Shown here one piece after another: positions 35,693 through 50,300 of a DNA stretch of 64,000 bases; positions within the stretch are counted from its first letter, which is position 1, and the number at the start of each line of letters is the position of its first letter. The notes beneath the pieces were generated by a model that was not told the DNA's origin, made no database searches, and saw only the letters and a program-made list of their open reading frames with translations. This DNA is from Podarcis gaigeae (Eukaryota), in the NCBI GenBank assembly GCA_964106915.2, contig OZ066914.1; one strand, written 5' to 3'. Position numbers and translations under genes: made by a program.

Positions 35693-38659
35693 GTCAAACC
35701 TGGGGGGAAATGGACTTTGCACATTGAGACGACACTTTGCTGTGGTTTCCATGAACTGGAAGTAGGTGGAAGCCCTCAGCCTGGAAGCACAAGATGTGCC
35801 CATCCAAGCTGTTTCAAGCCCGTAGGGCAAACACTGGCCTCTCTAGGTCAGGCATACGCCATTGTGTATGTTTTATAGTCATATCTGTACATGGGATGTA
35901 AAATATGTGACTGTATAAAAGGGATCTCCAGCTTTCTTTGCAATTTTCATGGTGTTGAATTCTTTGCTTTGCCCAATAGGGCAGTCAAGGTGAAGGGTGA
36001 GTGCTGGGAGAATCAATACTTTATAGAAGTTGGGCGAGAGGATGGAGCCTGGCTTCTGAAGAAGGGTCTTGGTATGAGAATAGTTACTCATAAGGTCCCA
36101 TGTTTTCTAATAAGTCTGCACTATTGGGAAATGGTCTTCCCTGCTGAAAGTTGCATCCAAGGACCTCAGGACAGAGCTTTGTGATGCACAAAATACATTT
36201 TTGTGCTACCAGCCTTCTGCCTGATGCATTTAAAAATGAAGTTACTCCTTTCATATCCACCTGGACTTAACCATCCAGGAGTCCTTTACCTTTACCGTTT
36301 TTTACCCCAGACATTTGTGTTACTGTGGAATGATGTTCATTTTAATCAGACAGTGCTGGTTTGCAAGAGCTGCTTTCTGCTTGCAGGAATTTCAAAATTA
36401 GCCTGGAAGGTCTTGTACATACTTCTTGCCAGTGGCTTTAGTGGGAGAGGCTTGGCATTTTCTTCATTTCCTCTAGGGAGTGCAGGGACACATGTCAATC
36501 TTACTTGGAAGTAATCAGTTTGTTCCAGCTTGCAAATGATGAGAGCATTTGATAAAGCCTCTTTATGACGGGCCAGGAGCACTTAGCAGGTTGCTGTCTT
36601 GGAAACCCTTATGACAAAGTGAGTTTATAGCTGCACTTAATTGATTTTTGACATCGTAGTGCTGTGCCGTAAGCCTTTCTGGGCAGCTTTACTACACTAA
36701 GCCTTGCCTTTCAGGTTCACGTACTTTCCACCCCTGCAGTGTTTCCTATGAGGATTATTCATGACGTGTGTGTTCGCTTTTGCTGAAAGGCAAGTTAGGT
36801 GCTGATGCTGCATAGCACTGAGAGTTGTAAAAATTTTGAGCAATAAGGTCATGGCATACTTATCCACTTTTTAAATTTCATGTGTGTTTACTAACTCTAG
36901 TGTCCACTGTGATATGCACAGATCAGACACTCGCCCATCCTTTATTTCCCCATAAATGATGTGTTTGAGACCAGAAATATTCATTCTGGGCAACAGAACT
37001 GGCACCAGAACCTGGAGTCATCCTTTGCCTCCTAGTTTGAGCTGCTACTCCAAGAGCTGTATTTTGAGTGTGAGTGTGTGATGCACAAAAAGAGAGGCTC
37101 CCTCTTGTCCCTGTATATGCATAGGGTTGCTGTGAATGAAAGATGTCCTCTTCTTTGGAAACTCAGCTAAGCTCAGTATTCCTCTTTTTATGGTAAACTC
37201 CAGGGGTTTGTGTTTCCTCTTTTTCTGTAGCCCACAACATTTACGAAAGGCTTTGCAGCTTTGATTATGTCATGGAATGGATGTCTTCTAACAGAAAATT
37301 GAGTAGGTACTGCCATTTCTTAAGAATTGCAAATTTAAGGTTGATTTCTACTGCTGTGGTAGTCTTAAACATTGCTTTTTTGTTCCTATATGCTCATGTT
37401 TTGCTTGTGGATTTCTCATTTCTCATGGGAAATGGGATGCTGGACAACATAGGACTTTTTTGCTTCTTTTCTATAGCTCTTCATTTTCCCTATGTTTTAA
37501 TCTTTATTCCCAACCTTCAATTAGCCAAAATCTAAATTGTGCAATGAAATGAAGCCATGAAAATGTGCATAAATTACCCCATGGCAGAATTGTATGTCTC
37601 CTCAGCTCCCCACTTTGCAGTGTTTGAAACTCCCAGCATTCTAGGCACATTTTGCAACAGGGAATTTCAGACCATTTTTAACTTGTCTTTTTATTATTTT
37701 GATAAAACCAATTTGCATATGTAGGGTCTCAGCCCTTTACAAAGGAGGCAGTATTTGGGAAGTAAATGACATTCCATGCATTGCTATAGATATTTTTAGA
37801 CATATATTGCATCTGTAAACATACCTGAGTTAAACAAAGATGTACAAGTAGGAGGGTTGTGGCTAGGGAACAAGACAAGCTGACTGGATGCATAGGCATG
37901 CTGTAAACAGGCAAGCTAGCTTGCAGGTAACTGTGTCACATCCATCACAGCCAAAGTGCTGTTTCCACATGAATTAGGTTTCTGTTCTGTGAGACGCTAG
38001 CCCAAGGGCAGCCAACATGGCACTTTCCAGATATAGTTGAACAACATCTCCCATCATCATCAGCAGATAGCATATTCAGTGACTAGGTATGCATGGAGTT
38101 GGAGTCCAGCATTGAGGGCATCATGCTGACTATCCCTGATCTAGGACTGGCAAAGTCCAACTGGCCTCCAGTGGGGTGCATACAGGGTGTACTTCAAATA
38201 ATGAGGGACTACAACTCCCATCATCCCTGGTCAACCTGGCTAATGGTAAAGGATAATGGGAGTTGTAGTTCAGCAGCCACCACATTGGCTGCCTCACTGC
38301 TCTAGCCCACTTAGACTTAAGATGGAGGCAGCTCTTATAGTATCAAATTCCTCTTCTCTTGGCTACCTTAGAGTTGCGGTGAGTTATCCTGTCTTTTGAT
38401 TTTTCAACCAGCAGGCCTCTGTAGTTCTATCTGCTATTTCTGCTTCCCAGCAAAAATCATTCCACACAAAAGGGTTGCCTCTCAGAGGCAGAAGCCTGTG
38501 GCTGCTATGTGGAAGTTGTACATGCACTATTTTGTGTGACTGGATAATTTAACAACTGAAATTGCTAGAGCACAAAAGCACTGGAGTATACCTACTGCGA
38601 GACCAGACTAAATGGTAAGGAGCTGAGCCATGGTTATAGGGGCAAGCAACCTTGTTGTT

Positions 38660-39556
38660 TTGCCTGGATGAGAGCAAACAAACTGAAGCTTAATCCACCT
38701 AAGACTGAAGCACTGTTAGTGGGTGATTCCCTAGACCGGATGGATGGGAGGTTCTTGATGGGGTTACACTCCCTCTGAAGGAGCAGATACATAGCTTGGG
38801 GGTACTTCAGGGTCCTTTGCTGTCGTTTGAGGCTCAGGTGGCCTGAGCAACCCTGAATGCCTTCCATCAGCTTTGGCTGATGGTCCTACCCCTATGCCCC
38901 TATCTGGGCAGGGATAGCCTAACTTCTGTCATCTATGCTCTGATAGGTTAGTTTATTGCAACGCATTATATGTAGGGTTGCCTCTGAAGATGGTTTGGAA
39001 ACTTTAGCTGGTGCAGAATTTGGCAGCCAGGTTGCTCACTGGGGCGAAACAGGTTGAGCATATTACATCAATCCTGGCCTGACTGCACTAGCTGCCAGTT
39101 AGTTTCCAGGCCCAATTCTAAGTGCTGGTTTTGACCTATAAAGCCCTAAACAGCTGAAGACTGCAATACCTCAAGGACTGCCCCCCCCCACAAACCTACC
39201 CAAACAATGTGATCATAATCCGAGGCCTTTCTTTGTGTGCCTCCACAAAAGGTCAATAGGGTGTCAACATAAGAACAGGTGTTTTCTGTGGTGGCTCCCT
39301 GTTTGTGAAATGCTCTCCCCAGGGAAGGCCACCTGGAACCTAGGTGCCAGGTGAAAACATTTCTCTTCAACCAGGCATTCAAGTGATTAACATTCTGTAG
39401 CCTTTTAAATGTATTTGTGGGAGGGGAATTAATGGTTTGCTTTTGCTTACATTTTATTATGCAGTTTGTATTCTCATTTTGTATTTTTCTATTGTGAACT
39501 TCCCTGGGATTTTTGGATGAAGGGCGCGATACAAAACTAATTAATAATAACAGTAA
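38660..39556 (+). mobile_element. Degenerate L2 LINE 3' portion
   Basis: Decayed ORF2 motifs WMRANKLKLNP.KTE, YCNALYVGLPLK, LVQN.AARLLTG, KVLVLTYKALN with stops and frameshifts; AAT-rich tail. Confidence 0.85.
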
Positions 39557-41346
39557 TAAGAATTGTGCCACTGGGTACATTTTTTGAGGAAGTGCTGCGG
39601 GTACCAGTCACAAAATGGCTGCTGTAGGAATGTGGCATAACAGAAAATGACTACCACATGACTAAGAGAACAGACAAGGAGGACCACAAATGGTACAGAT
39701 AGCCCCCCCCCAATCATTAGGGGGAGGAGGACACCAAAAGCATGTACAATCCTGGTATCTAATGAAATAGGGTTGAACAAGAAGCTCAAACAGTCTCTTG
39801 CACATTATGGATTTTTGAGATGTTTGCTGAGACCTTTTTTTGAGCACTGTCACCTGTGGGTTCTGTGTTGGTGACCATTGTTCTCATCACATTTTTGTGG
39901 AGCTAGCATCTTAATTGCATCAGAAAAAAGGCGTTATGTTTATGGAGGCTTTGAGAATACCAAGGCATTCTTGCTATGGAAGAATTCTTACTGAGGAGTC
40001 AGTTGTATGAATATTTTTAGTGCTGATGCAGAAAAAGACAAGCTCATCTATAAGAATCTTATCACTTCCTACTTGGAGTTGATTTAGAGGATTATTCGAG
40101 TCTAGCCAACATCTTTCTATATAAAGGCAGAATTAGACTGTCAGAGCTCCTTGGCCAACACATACTTGACAGGAAGCCAATGGTTATTGAGCTGAGAAAA
40201 GGAGTTGTTGGCATTCCTTCTATCTTTATGGCAGTCTTCAAGGAATCAGTGGGATAAGTCCTTTCTACTCTTTCCCTGAGGGCTGATAATCATAGGCACA
40301 CACTGTACATCATTTGATGGCTTCTACGTAGCTGTGCAAACTGCCTCCGTTGGAAAGTATTGTTAGCGGCTCTGTGGAAGGCTTTCCATGTGCGATGTCA
40401 GTTTCCCAGATGCATGCTGTCAAATGTTTGCGAAGCGAGGCAACATCCATATATACAAGCACCCTATTAGCTGCTAACTGGGTGGTGGTAACGGGAGGGC
40501 TACAGCTAGGAGATGAGGAAGGGAAAATCTTGCAGTATCTCAGTACCATTCAGATTGGGCAAGGGGAATAAATAGAGCAGGGCTTCCCCTTTCTCATGCA
40601 GTCTGCAAGGAAAAAGAGCAGGTGGTCCAACAGCTTAGCTTCTTCCTGTCTCTTTTGCTCAGTTAGAAAGAGATGCTGCCATAAGAGTCAACACCAGAAT
40701 CCTTTCTCTCTTCTCTTGGTTATTGCCAAATTTTGTCAGGAGCATCCAGGAAAAGCTTGATCAGCCACCTTCTGATGCTACTTTAAAGGTGGCTAGCAGA
40801 CTGGACCTACTTCTGGGCCCAGATCAGGAGAGTTGCCCTTGAAGACAGGTGGAAAAACAAAGCCCTTTGGAAAGACTTGATGGTTGGCTGACGTTATTGA
40901 AAGAAATTCACTCTTCCTTTTGAATATTGTTAAGTCTGCTTTGGGGTAGGTCCCATTCGCGGCTGCAGTAGCCTATCCTACCCTTTTTGCACAACGGAGG
41001 TAGATTTTAAAACTGAACCATACGACTGGACAGATATAGTTGGAGGGTCTGGGAACTGTGCAAATCACAATAGTTTAAATTCTTTCTTTAAAAAAATAGC
41101 AGCAAAATGATACAAAACTGTTGGGTTGGGTTTTTGTTTTGAAAAAATAATAATAATATATATATATAGTAGTGCAAAGTAACTTTTCAGTCCAGTGCTG
41201 TGTAGGAACAAGAGAGGCAGGCAGATGGAGTGGGGTATGGCATCCATTCTTAAGACAACTCTTGTCCCCTTCCCTCCCCCTCCCCCCACATTCTCCAACC
41301 TAAATGGGGCAGAGAGGGAAGAGCTGCATTTGGAGACACTGTTGCT

Positions 41347-44300
41347 TTAGTCACTCTCTGTTGACAACTCCCTGATTCGGATATGGACAAATAGGGAGGC
41401 TGGTGGGATCCCTGTCCCATCCTTGGAAAGAAGGTGGATGTGGCGGTATCCTGCATGGGAGACAAAAACAAAAGAGCCACGCACAGGGTTTGAAGCTGCC
41501 TTGTGTTGAGTTAGGCCAAGGGTAACCAACCATGTTCTTGGGCTCCAGCTGCCATTAGCCCCAGCCAGCATGGCCAATGGCCAGGGATTGTGGGAGCTGT
41601 ACTTCAACAACACCTGTAGAGTCCCATGCTTGCTATCCCTGAGTTAAACTACTGGTCCATCCAGCCCAACTCTGCCTACTATAACCAGCAGAGCCCTGGT
41701 GGGATCCTAAAAAAACACACAAACCAGCGCTCATCTGCATGCATAGCCTGTGCTCTCCTGCTGAGCTCTAGATAATGATACAGGCAGGGATATGGGCGTA
41801 GCCAAGGGGGGATGGGGGGGGGCAGCCACTGCCCCCCAATCCACAAAAGAATATTGAAAAGCATTCAAAGTACTTAGTTGATTGAGGTTCCTGGCTACAC
41901 CCATGGGCAGAGAGCACATTTGTCTCTAGAGTCAGCTTTTCCTGGCTGTCTCTCGAATTTCCTCTGAATGGTTACAAATTCTGGGTTTCTCTCATTCCTT
42001 TGAGTAGATTTGATGTTTTATATATTTTATATATATATATAAATGCAGCAGATGCATTTATTCAGTTGATCCCAGCTACAGCCTGTAGAAGTGTGTATTC
42101 TAGCACCAATACAGGGCACAGTATTTCTCTTCTCCACTAGATGGAGGCAACATGAGCTCCCTCCCTCCCCCTACAAAAAATAAAAATAAATGTATGTACA
42201 CAGGATGGGAATGCAAAACTCTGCAGTGTGATCTAGGAGCAGCTACAAGTATGGTAATAAGTAATTCAAAAACTAAGAAAGCAAATCCATTGATTCTGAG
42301 GATGGAATCATACATAGTTGTCCCCCTTCCCGCCATCCTGCGAAGTGAGTTGTACTTCTCATGGGGGAGAGTTAATTTGTGGGTTGTGATAAACGTCAGG
42401 CCTGCTTTAGGATTAAAAGTAAAAAAAAAAAAAAGAATTCAGGGAGCAGCTGTATAGGTTTAAAAGGGCAGCAGCTTTAACTGCATCTCAATCAAACTGA
42501 TTGATTGAATCCAGACTTACAATGCACTCCTAATTCCACTTACCTGGGTAAGCCTCACTGAACTCAGTGGGATTTACTTCTGAGAAGACATGGTTAGAAG
42601 GGCCCTGGTAGTCATTAAGGGCTCCTCCACACTTCCACTTGTCTTGTGCCTGGAAAATGGGTCCAAGCAGCTATTCCTTTACCCCACTGCTTTCCCCTGG
42701 AAAACCTGCTCTTTACTGCTGAATTGGGACAAATGGCAATTCAACAAAAACCTGATTGCTGTTTGGTTCCATTTAGCAGTAAACCACAGGTTTCTCCAGG
42801 GGAAAGTGGCAGGGCAAACGGAGGTGTGGATGAGTCCGGAGTCTGGATCTCATCCTATGTACTTTTGTGTTGTGCTGTGGTCATAATATCCATGTGCTGA
42901 TTTACTGAGTTGTTACAGTCTCTGTTGAAGGGGATAACTTAGTCTGCCTTCCTTATGTACACAAATAACTGTCTCTGGCTAACCTTGACTGACCTGCCAG
43001 GGATGCATTCGTCTCCTGATCTTGGTAGCAAACTGGCACAAGATATTCATACCCCACAGGGCTAAGAGGGAGATGCTCACCTGCTTTGACACTAGTAAGA
43101 GGTAGAGTGTACTGTCCCACAAAGTCATTCCGAGATGCCTTGTCATAATCCTCCACCACAAAGCGCAGAAGTGCCAGCTCTGGTACCCAAACCTGGAACT
43201 GAAAGGCCTCATTCCATTGTGGGTTAAAACCTATCCGGGATATTAAAGTGAAAAGAGGGTGTTGCCACATCACGTGATCTGTATGTGTGTCCCAGCCTCT
43301 CTCCATCTTCACCTCCATAAAATCTCACACAACTTCCCTCTGCATTGCTGCTTCTGAGATTCCTAAACTGCTCTGGTCAGTTTATTGTCTAAACTCAAAA
43401 ACACCTGCCCTCTTTGCATCACTTTTCTACCACTCTGAATGGTCCAACTGGGCTTTTAGCGTTTTCAATGCCCCAGGAAGATGCCTTTAAGTGGGAAACC
43501 AATGTCCCCACTGTGGAAGGACATGTGGATCCAGAATTGGTCTCCACAGTCACTTACGGACTCATTGTTAAAACTATGTTTATGGAAGACAATCTTACTT
43601 TGGTTGCCAAAGAAGAAGGAAGATGTTATGCATATACTATTGTGGGACCTTGGTGGAGAATTTACCTTTTTGCAAAGTTCAACTTCCTTTTCAAAATGAC
43701 TATGCAAATTTCTAGCCTGCCAGGGTGCAGAGGAAAATATGAAAATGTAATGGAGAATGGACACATGTTAGTCATGAGGTGAAGCTTCACTTACGTCAAT
43801 GGGACAAATCGGCTGCAACTTACTTTATTTGTTTTATTTTAATGTATTTATGGGCTGCTCTTTAGGTAAGACATTTCAAATTGGCTAAAATAATAAATAC
43901 AATACATAAGAACAGCATAAGAACATTAGCACATACCAATCCACTGTTTTCAAAGAGGCTTAGTCATACAACTAACATTTGCTGTATTGTGCCCAGTGTG
44001 GTAGGCCACAGACATGGAAACCCAAGGCTTCCAAAGGTAGCTCATGTGCCCTACACATGAGTTATTTGCTGCTTTGGGGTTCCAAATCCCCCTAATAAAT
44101 CCTTCTCCTGTTATCTGTTTCCACCTCTGCTGCTTCCTTGTACTTCACCACCCCAGCTCTTCCCAAAAACAAAAAATCACAATTTAAAATCATGCCTGAC
44201 ATGCCTAGCATTTTAAGGACATTCATTCCTATGGAAGAATTTGGGTTTTTAAAAATGTAGAATCTGAGTTCCTTTGGCGCAGATAACACCAGGATATTCA

Positions 44301-47300
44301 TTCATTCATCCTTAAGTAATTAAGACTGAGGGGCATCCGTGTTGACACATGCATGAGGTCCACGTAAAACCCCATCTCAGCAGTTCTTTACAATGACCAA
44401 GAGAATTGCCTCACCGTTATCATCAATATATTTGGTCTCCTGCTTGGCACTATCAGCAGGGATCCCATGAATTTCCACCCGCACTAGTGGATCGATGATG
44501 GAGCCTTCTTTGCTGTTGGGCATCTTGGGGAGTTGCTGCCCACTAATGATCTGGAAGAGAAGATTATGGTGAGCATAGAAGGGCAGTCAAGTCCACATGT
44601 GCAAACAGCAATGTGTCAGCAGCTGCACCCTGCAACTCACGCAGCTCAAAACAGTGACAAAGGAAGTTGGTCACTATGGCATACAAAGGACTTGGAACCA
44701 CACTCTGCCTGCTTGATACAGTGGTACCTCGGTTTTTGAATGTAATCTGCTCCGGAAGACTGTTCAAGTTCCGAAATGTTCAAAAACCAAAAACTCAAAA
44801 CGGAAGCCTCAAAATGGAAAACTCAATTGGGAAAACTCAAAACGGAAGCTGTGTGGCATGTTCGACTTCCAAAAAGTGCTCAAAAGCCGAAGCATTTACT
44901 TCCGGGTTTACGGCGTTTGAAAACCAAAACGTTCGTCAAGGAGACGTTCGAAAACTGAGGTACCACTTTATCCCAAACTCAGCTTTCCCAACAGAAGTTG
45001 ATTTTTGACTCAACCAGGTATGGGGAAACTTTGGCCCTCCAGATATGGCTGACCTACAACTCTCATCAGCCCCAGAAGCATGGCCAGTGGCCATGTTAGT
45101 TCAGCAACATGAACGTCAATATTCCCCACATCTGCAGTAGGATAGTAGCACTGAGTAGCTATTAAAAGATAGCAGGATAGATAAAGCCTCTCTCTAGGTC
45201 GGACAGAAATTTTCCAAGATGGGGGCCACATTCTCTCATAGACATCTGGAAGCTTCTTATTCTAATAAGTTATTCTCTAAAATCCTAAAAGCCCTGTTAG
45301 GTTAAGGTATGGGCAACAAACTCACACAGTACCTTAATGGCTATGTTAAGTGGGCTACCATTCTCCCTGCTTTGGGGGTTCTCAGGACTGAAGGCTGTCT
45401 CTGGGTCTTTCATGAAGCTCGGCTTTAACACGTAGCCACAGCGGCCATTTTTACTGAAGAGCCCATCGCACAAGTCCATCTCTGTACCAGCCGTTTGAAA
45501 ATTCAAGGCCACTGAGAGGAGGAGGAGGAGGAGGAGACAGGAATCTTTCAGACCAGCAGCAATTGGAGGCAAACGAGAGAGCAGTCTTCTAGCTCTTGCT
45601 AGCTTCTTCCATGCAAGGCATCTTAGAAATACAAATTAAAGCCCAAACTGCACATTGTGGAGAGAAGGCCATCAACCCACATCTCCCTAATAATGGGGAT
45701 AAAACACATGACATATCATTGTCTTAGTGTTTCCCTCCCTGCACCCACTTTCACTGGCTGCCGCTTATCCCATTTTTGGATCTCTATCTTCCCTCAGTTC
45801 CTGCCTTTCAAATCTGCATTTGCAAGCTTGAAGAAAGCTGAGGAAACCAACATTCAGAAGAGTTGGGGGAAAACCCTTCCCCCATATAAGAACAGCCATG
45901 CTGTAAAGCCCAGTTTTGACCGCTAAGGTTTGGCAATAGCAGAACAAATAACAACTATTTATATAAAGCACCACTTTGAACACTCTGAAGCACACTGCAT
46001 ATTTATTTTACATCTTGCCTTTCTGCCATCATATAACCCAGGGTGGCATACATATGGCTCCTAGACAGTCACCCCCAGACCTGCAATGTTGTAACCTTAT
46101 GTGCCTTCAGATGCTGGGATCAGGTTTACTTACAATATCCAAGGGTGGAACAGCTTGCTACTTCAGCAAAGTTCGCTGAGACACAAATGCAGGAGGGGAT
46201 TTCCAGGAGAGAATCAGTGTAGTAGGAGTGGTTAACCCTTCCCTAGATTGCCATCTTGCCAAAAATACGGTACTCCCTGGCATATGACAACTTGTCCCCC
46301 TCCCAGGAAGCAGGATTCTGAGGCTAGGCAAATGAAGGGGAGGCAGCATTTGTGGGAATAAGTGGATAAATAGAGCCCTGCTGGCTCAAACTAAAGGCCT
46401 GTTTAGTCAGCCTCCTGTTTCCCACAATGGTCAATAAGATGTGCAAGTGTGTGCTCTCTGTCTCTCTGTGTCTGCGTCTGCGTCTCCCTCTCATTCCCCA
46501 GTGACTGCTAGTCAGAGGAAAGCTGCTGCTGATTCTCAGGTAGCAGTCAGACATTATGACTCATAGCCATCAATAGCCTTATCCCCCAGCAGTTTGTCTA
46601 ATCTCCCTTTTAAAAGCCATCTAAAGCCCCATCTGCACTTAAAGCAGTATCAAACCACTTTAGTTCTGGCTTCCTCCACACACACACAATCCTGCAGTCT
46701 GTTCAAGGTGCCAAGAGATGCTAGGAGAATCTATTCCCCTCACAATCCCCAAAGATCCTGGGGAAGAGGGTCTGATGGTTAGACCACTCTGGGAGCTGCA
46801 GCTCTGGAAAAAAACACACAAGGGTGACTTCCTCACCCACCCACCCCTTAAATCCTTCTGGGGCCGGCATACCCAGCTGGCACCCCACATTCCACATCGC
46901 CTGGGGGTTGTAATTGGAGGAGTCCGTCCGCAGACCGCTGGGGAAGATGCGTGTCAGCTGCCAGGCATTATGGCGGATGAAGTCATTTCCTGCAGGAGGT
47001 AGTTAGCACACCAAAAGTTTAGAAATCTGGTATTTGGGGAACCCCCTCTCCACTTATTAGTGCTTGGAGAATGTGACCCTCTGCAACTAAGTGGGGGTGT
47101 GTGTGTGTCAGAGAAACAGTTTGCATCCATTTTACCTAAAATGTAGACAGAGAATGTGGAATTTCTAGCTGGTTAGTTGGAATTAGGGTGCGCACCCCAC
47201 CCCAATGCGTGTGTAGGTCTTCACAAACTGCTTTCTGGGAATTGGATGCAGAATTAGAGCGGCTTTTCTGCCTGCTTACAAGAGGTTGTTTGCTTCCACT

Positions 47301-50300
47301 ATGCTGTGCTGGTATGTTCTCTGACCCAAAGGAAACTGAATCAGGGAGTGTTGCCTCTGACTTTCTGACTGCTTGGCAATATGGGGCAAATCATTAACAT
47401 CTTAGTGTATGTTGGGGAGGAGTCAGAGGAGTCAGGGGCCCATCAATGCATGTTCCTAATGTCTTGCCTGCTGGTTGCCTCCATCCCCGGTTTCTCACCA
47501 GCCTCTCGGATGAGCTTGCGGGCCTTGGATTCAGCAAAGGAGGACATCTCGTAAGACTTGTAGTGGCTGCGGGAGTGCTGGAAGCTGTGAAAGGGCACGC
47601 TCTTGCAGTAGACAATGCAGTCAGAAAGCTCCTGGGAGAGGGACTGTTTGGCCTTCTGCAAAGAACGTGAGACCAACTTGTAAATGATGACCATGTGTAC
47701 TGCAGACACGGGAGTAAGATTGAGTCCCACACCTGCTAAAAATAGAATCAAAATATCAGGCTTTGTGGGGGGAAGGCTCCTTTTGCCTTTAACTGGTGAG
47801 GGGCAGGTAGAGTTTTGGCCCCGGGAACTTTACCTGTCTTTTGTTAGGAGGAGTCATACCTCAGCAGGGAGCCTATGGGCTTTGCATCCCTGGCATTTCC
47901 AATTTTTAAAAAGACTAATTTAAAACCCTGCCTGGGAGCTTGGAGAGAGCTGCTAGTCAGAGAACCCAACGGACCAGTGGTTTGACTCACATACAAAGGC
48001 AGCTTCACATATTCCTGCAATAGGAGAAGAGCCCCCTTTTGCTCCTGAGAAAGAGCCACCAACTCCAAATGATTCAAAGGCTGTAGTGCAGTGTAAGAAA
48101 TTTTGCTTTCTCTCCACATCAGGGTTTCCGGGTTTCCCAGTAGAATCAATGTAGCTCACATTCTATCAAAAACTAACCTGTATGTGTGTATTGTCATCAG
48201 TCACTCCTGCTTTTGAGGGCAGGTACCTCCCACCTGTCGGTATCTGGCAGGTGAGGTTCAAGTGCATATTGCTCTACCACACTAGTGCAACAATTTTTTA
48301 AAGCAAACAAACCCCGGACTTTTAGCAGTTGGGGAAATGATGGGGAAATGCATTGAAATTGAGGGATGAGCAAACGATTAATGGGAAGATGTATCAACAC
48401 TTGGCTGGCAAATTGTTGCATAACCTCCCCACAAACACATTATAATGAATGCTCATAAACACCTTCTCTTTCTTCTTGTCTTCATTGCGCAGGACTTCTT
48501 CCTCTGCCTCTGGTCCCTCTTCCTCCTCCTCCTCCTCTTCCCGCTCAGGCGGCTCATCCAGATGCCCATTCAAATAATCCTCCAGGTGTCCAATCTTCTT
48601 CCCTTTCAGGATGATCTTCCCCTTCAGTTCCTGCATGAGGACACAGGGTGGGTCATATCAGGGCAGCCATGGTGGTGCTTTGAGTTCAGGCGATGGGGAA
48701 GGGCCTCTAGCAACACCAGCTGAGCCAGGCTGTCCTGTAAAACTCTGCCTTTCTCCACAAGTATGACAGCCTCTTAAATATTCTCACAGCAAACATCCTG
48801 CTCAGTTAAAGGTCCCCTGATGCCATTTTACTCAATCTTTCACCATGATTTTAACAAAGTGTCCCAATACTTCTCTCTCCAATACCTCTACTCCTCCAGT
48901 GCTCCTTTCTGCCTTTAATTCTCTTCTTGAAGTTCCCCTTAGTGGTTCTGACAAAAAATGCTTTAATTCCCACAATAGCTACTTTGGAACCCCTTCCAGT
49001 CCCTTCATCTGCCTTAACCTTCACCCCTCACTTCTGGTTCCTCCCCTTCCTATGGCCATCATTTTAATACTTCAGACTAATACATAAAAGAATTTGGGTC
49101 ACCTGAGTGTTAGCATAACAGTCCTAGGATTGCAGTCAAGCTCTGTAAACCCAGGTTAAGGAAAGACACTTGACAACACCATGTCCCCACCTCTGGTGAA
49201 GGCAACTGCACTGGGACACGTCCATCTATGGTGGTGGTGAGGAGCTGCTCTCCCAGAATCCCCTTCAGCTGCTGGGCCATGATGTCCTGCTGCTCTATGC
49301 TGCAGTGGTTCTCAAGAGACAGGATAATGGGGTATTTAGAAGCCTGGGAGAATGGATACATAAGAAGTTAGAGGCAGTAATAGCCCTAAAGTGTGGGAGG
49401 TTGAAGGTGGAGTCTGATGACATCATGAGGGGAATGGAACGGTTTGAGGGATAGTGAGCCACCTTTAACTCAGGATTCCTGGAGACCAGACAAGTAGGAT
49501 AGAGGGAAATGAAGCCACTGCTAGGATGTGGCAAAACTATGGAACCACAGACATTTGAAACAACAAGAAGGAAAGATGGTGTACCCTATTTAAATCTAAA
49601 AAAGGGAGGGGTTTGGGGACAACTGGAACTAAAATTAGGCTCTCACAACTTTGATGTTCTGTCTGCAGGATGGGGGAATTTAATCAAAAGCAACACCTTG
49701 AATTTGGCTGGATAACCACTCAGCAGCCTTCACAATTCCACCCTACTGACCCCATCCCTTGTGGCAGAAAAGTCCAACCTACCCGGAAGGCATATTTATC
49801 GAGGGTTGTCACAACTTCCCGGAAGGGGATCTTAGAGGTGAAGGTATGGCCATGGTAGACAATGGGCTCCCCATTAGGTCCGTCCCAACAGTCCACCTCT
49901 AGGCATCGGCAGCCCCGCTTCAGAGCCCTGCAGAGGAAAAGAGGGCAATTCATGAGCCCTTCCTAGCCTCTCAGTTTGTGAGCAGTATGCAATAAGTGAG
50001 GAAAGTTTTTTGGGGGGAAGAGGTTGTAATGTTGAGGGAATCCAATCTATGCATGAGGTTCATCAGTGTGTGAAGCAATTCCAGTCAATGTTTTATAAAA
50101 AGCTGAGGAGATCTGGGGGCTAGGCCTTGAGATGCAGATTTCTGGTAGGTTTTTCTCTTGCTTAACATGTATTTGAGTTTGCTCTATATCAAGTAGTTTG
50201 GTCACCAAGCTTTGTGTAAAGAGCACATCTTACAGAGGTCATAATTGTGAAAGGTATCTTGTGAGTGGCTTTGTTATGAAAGTGAGTCAACTGCCTTTCG

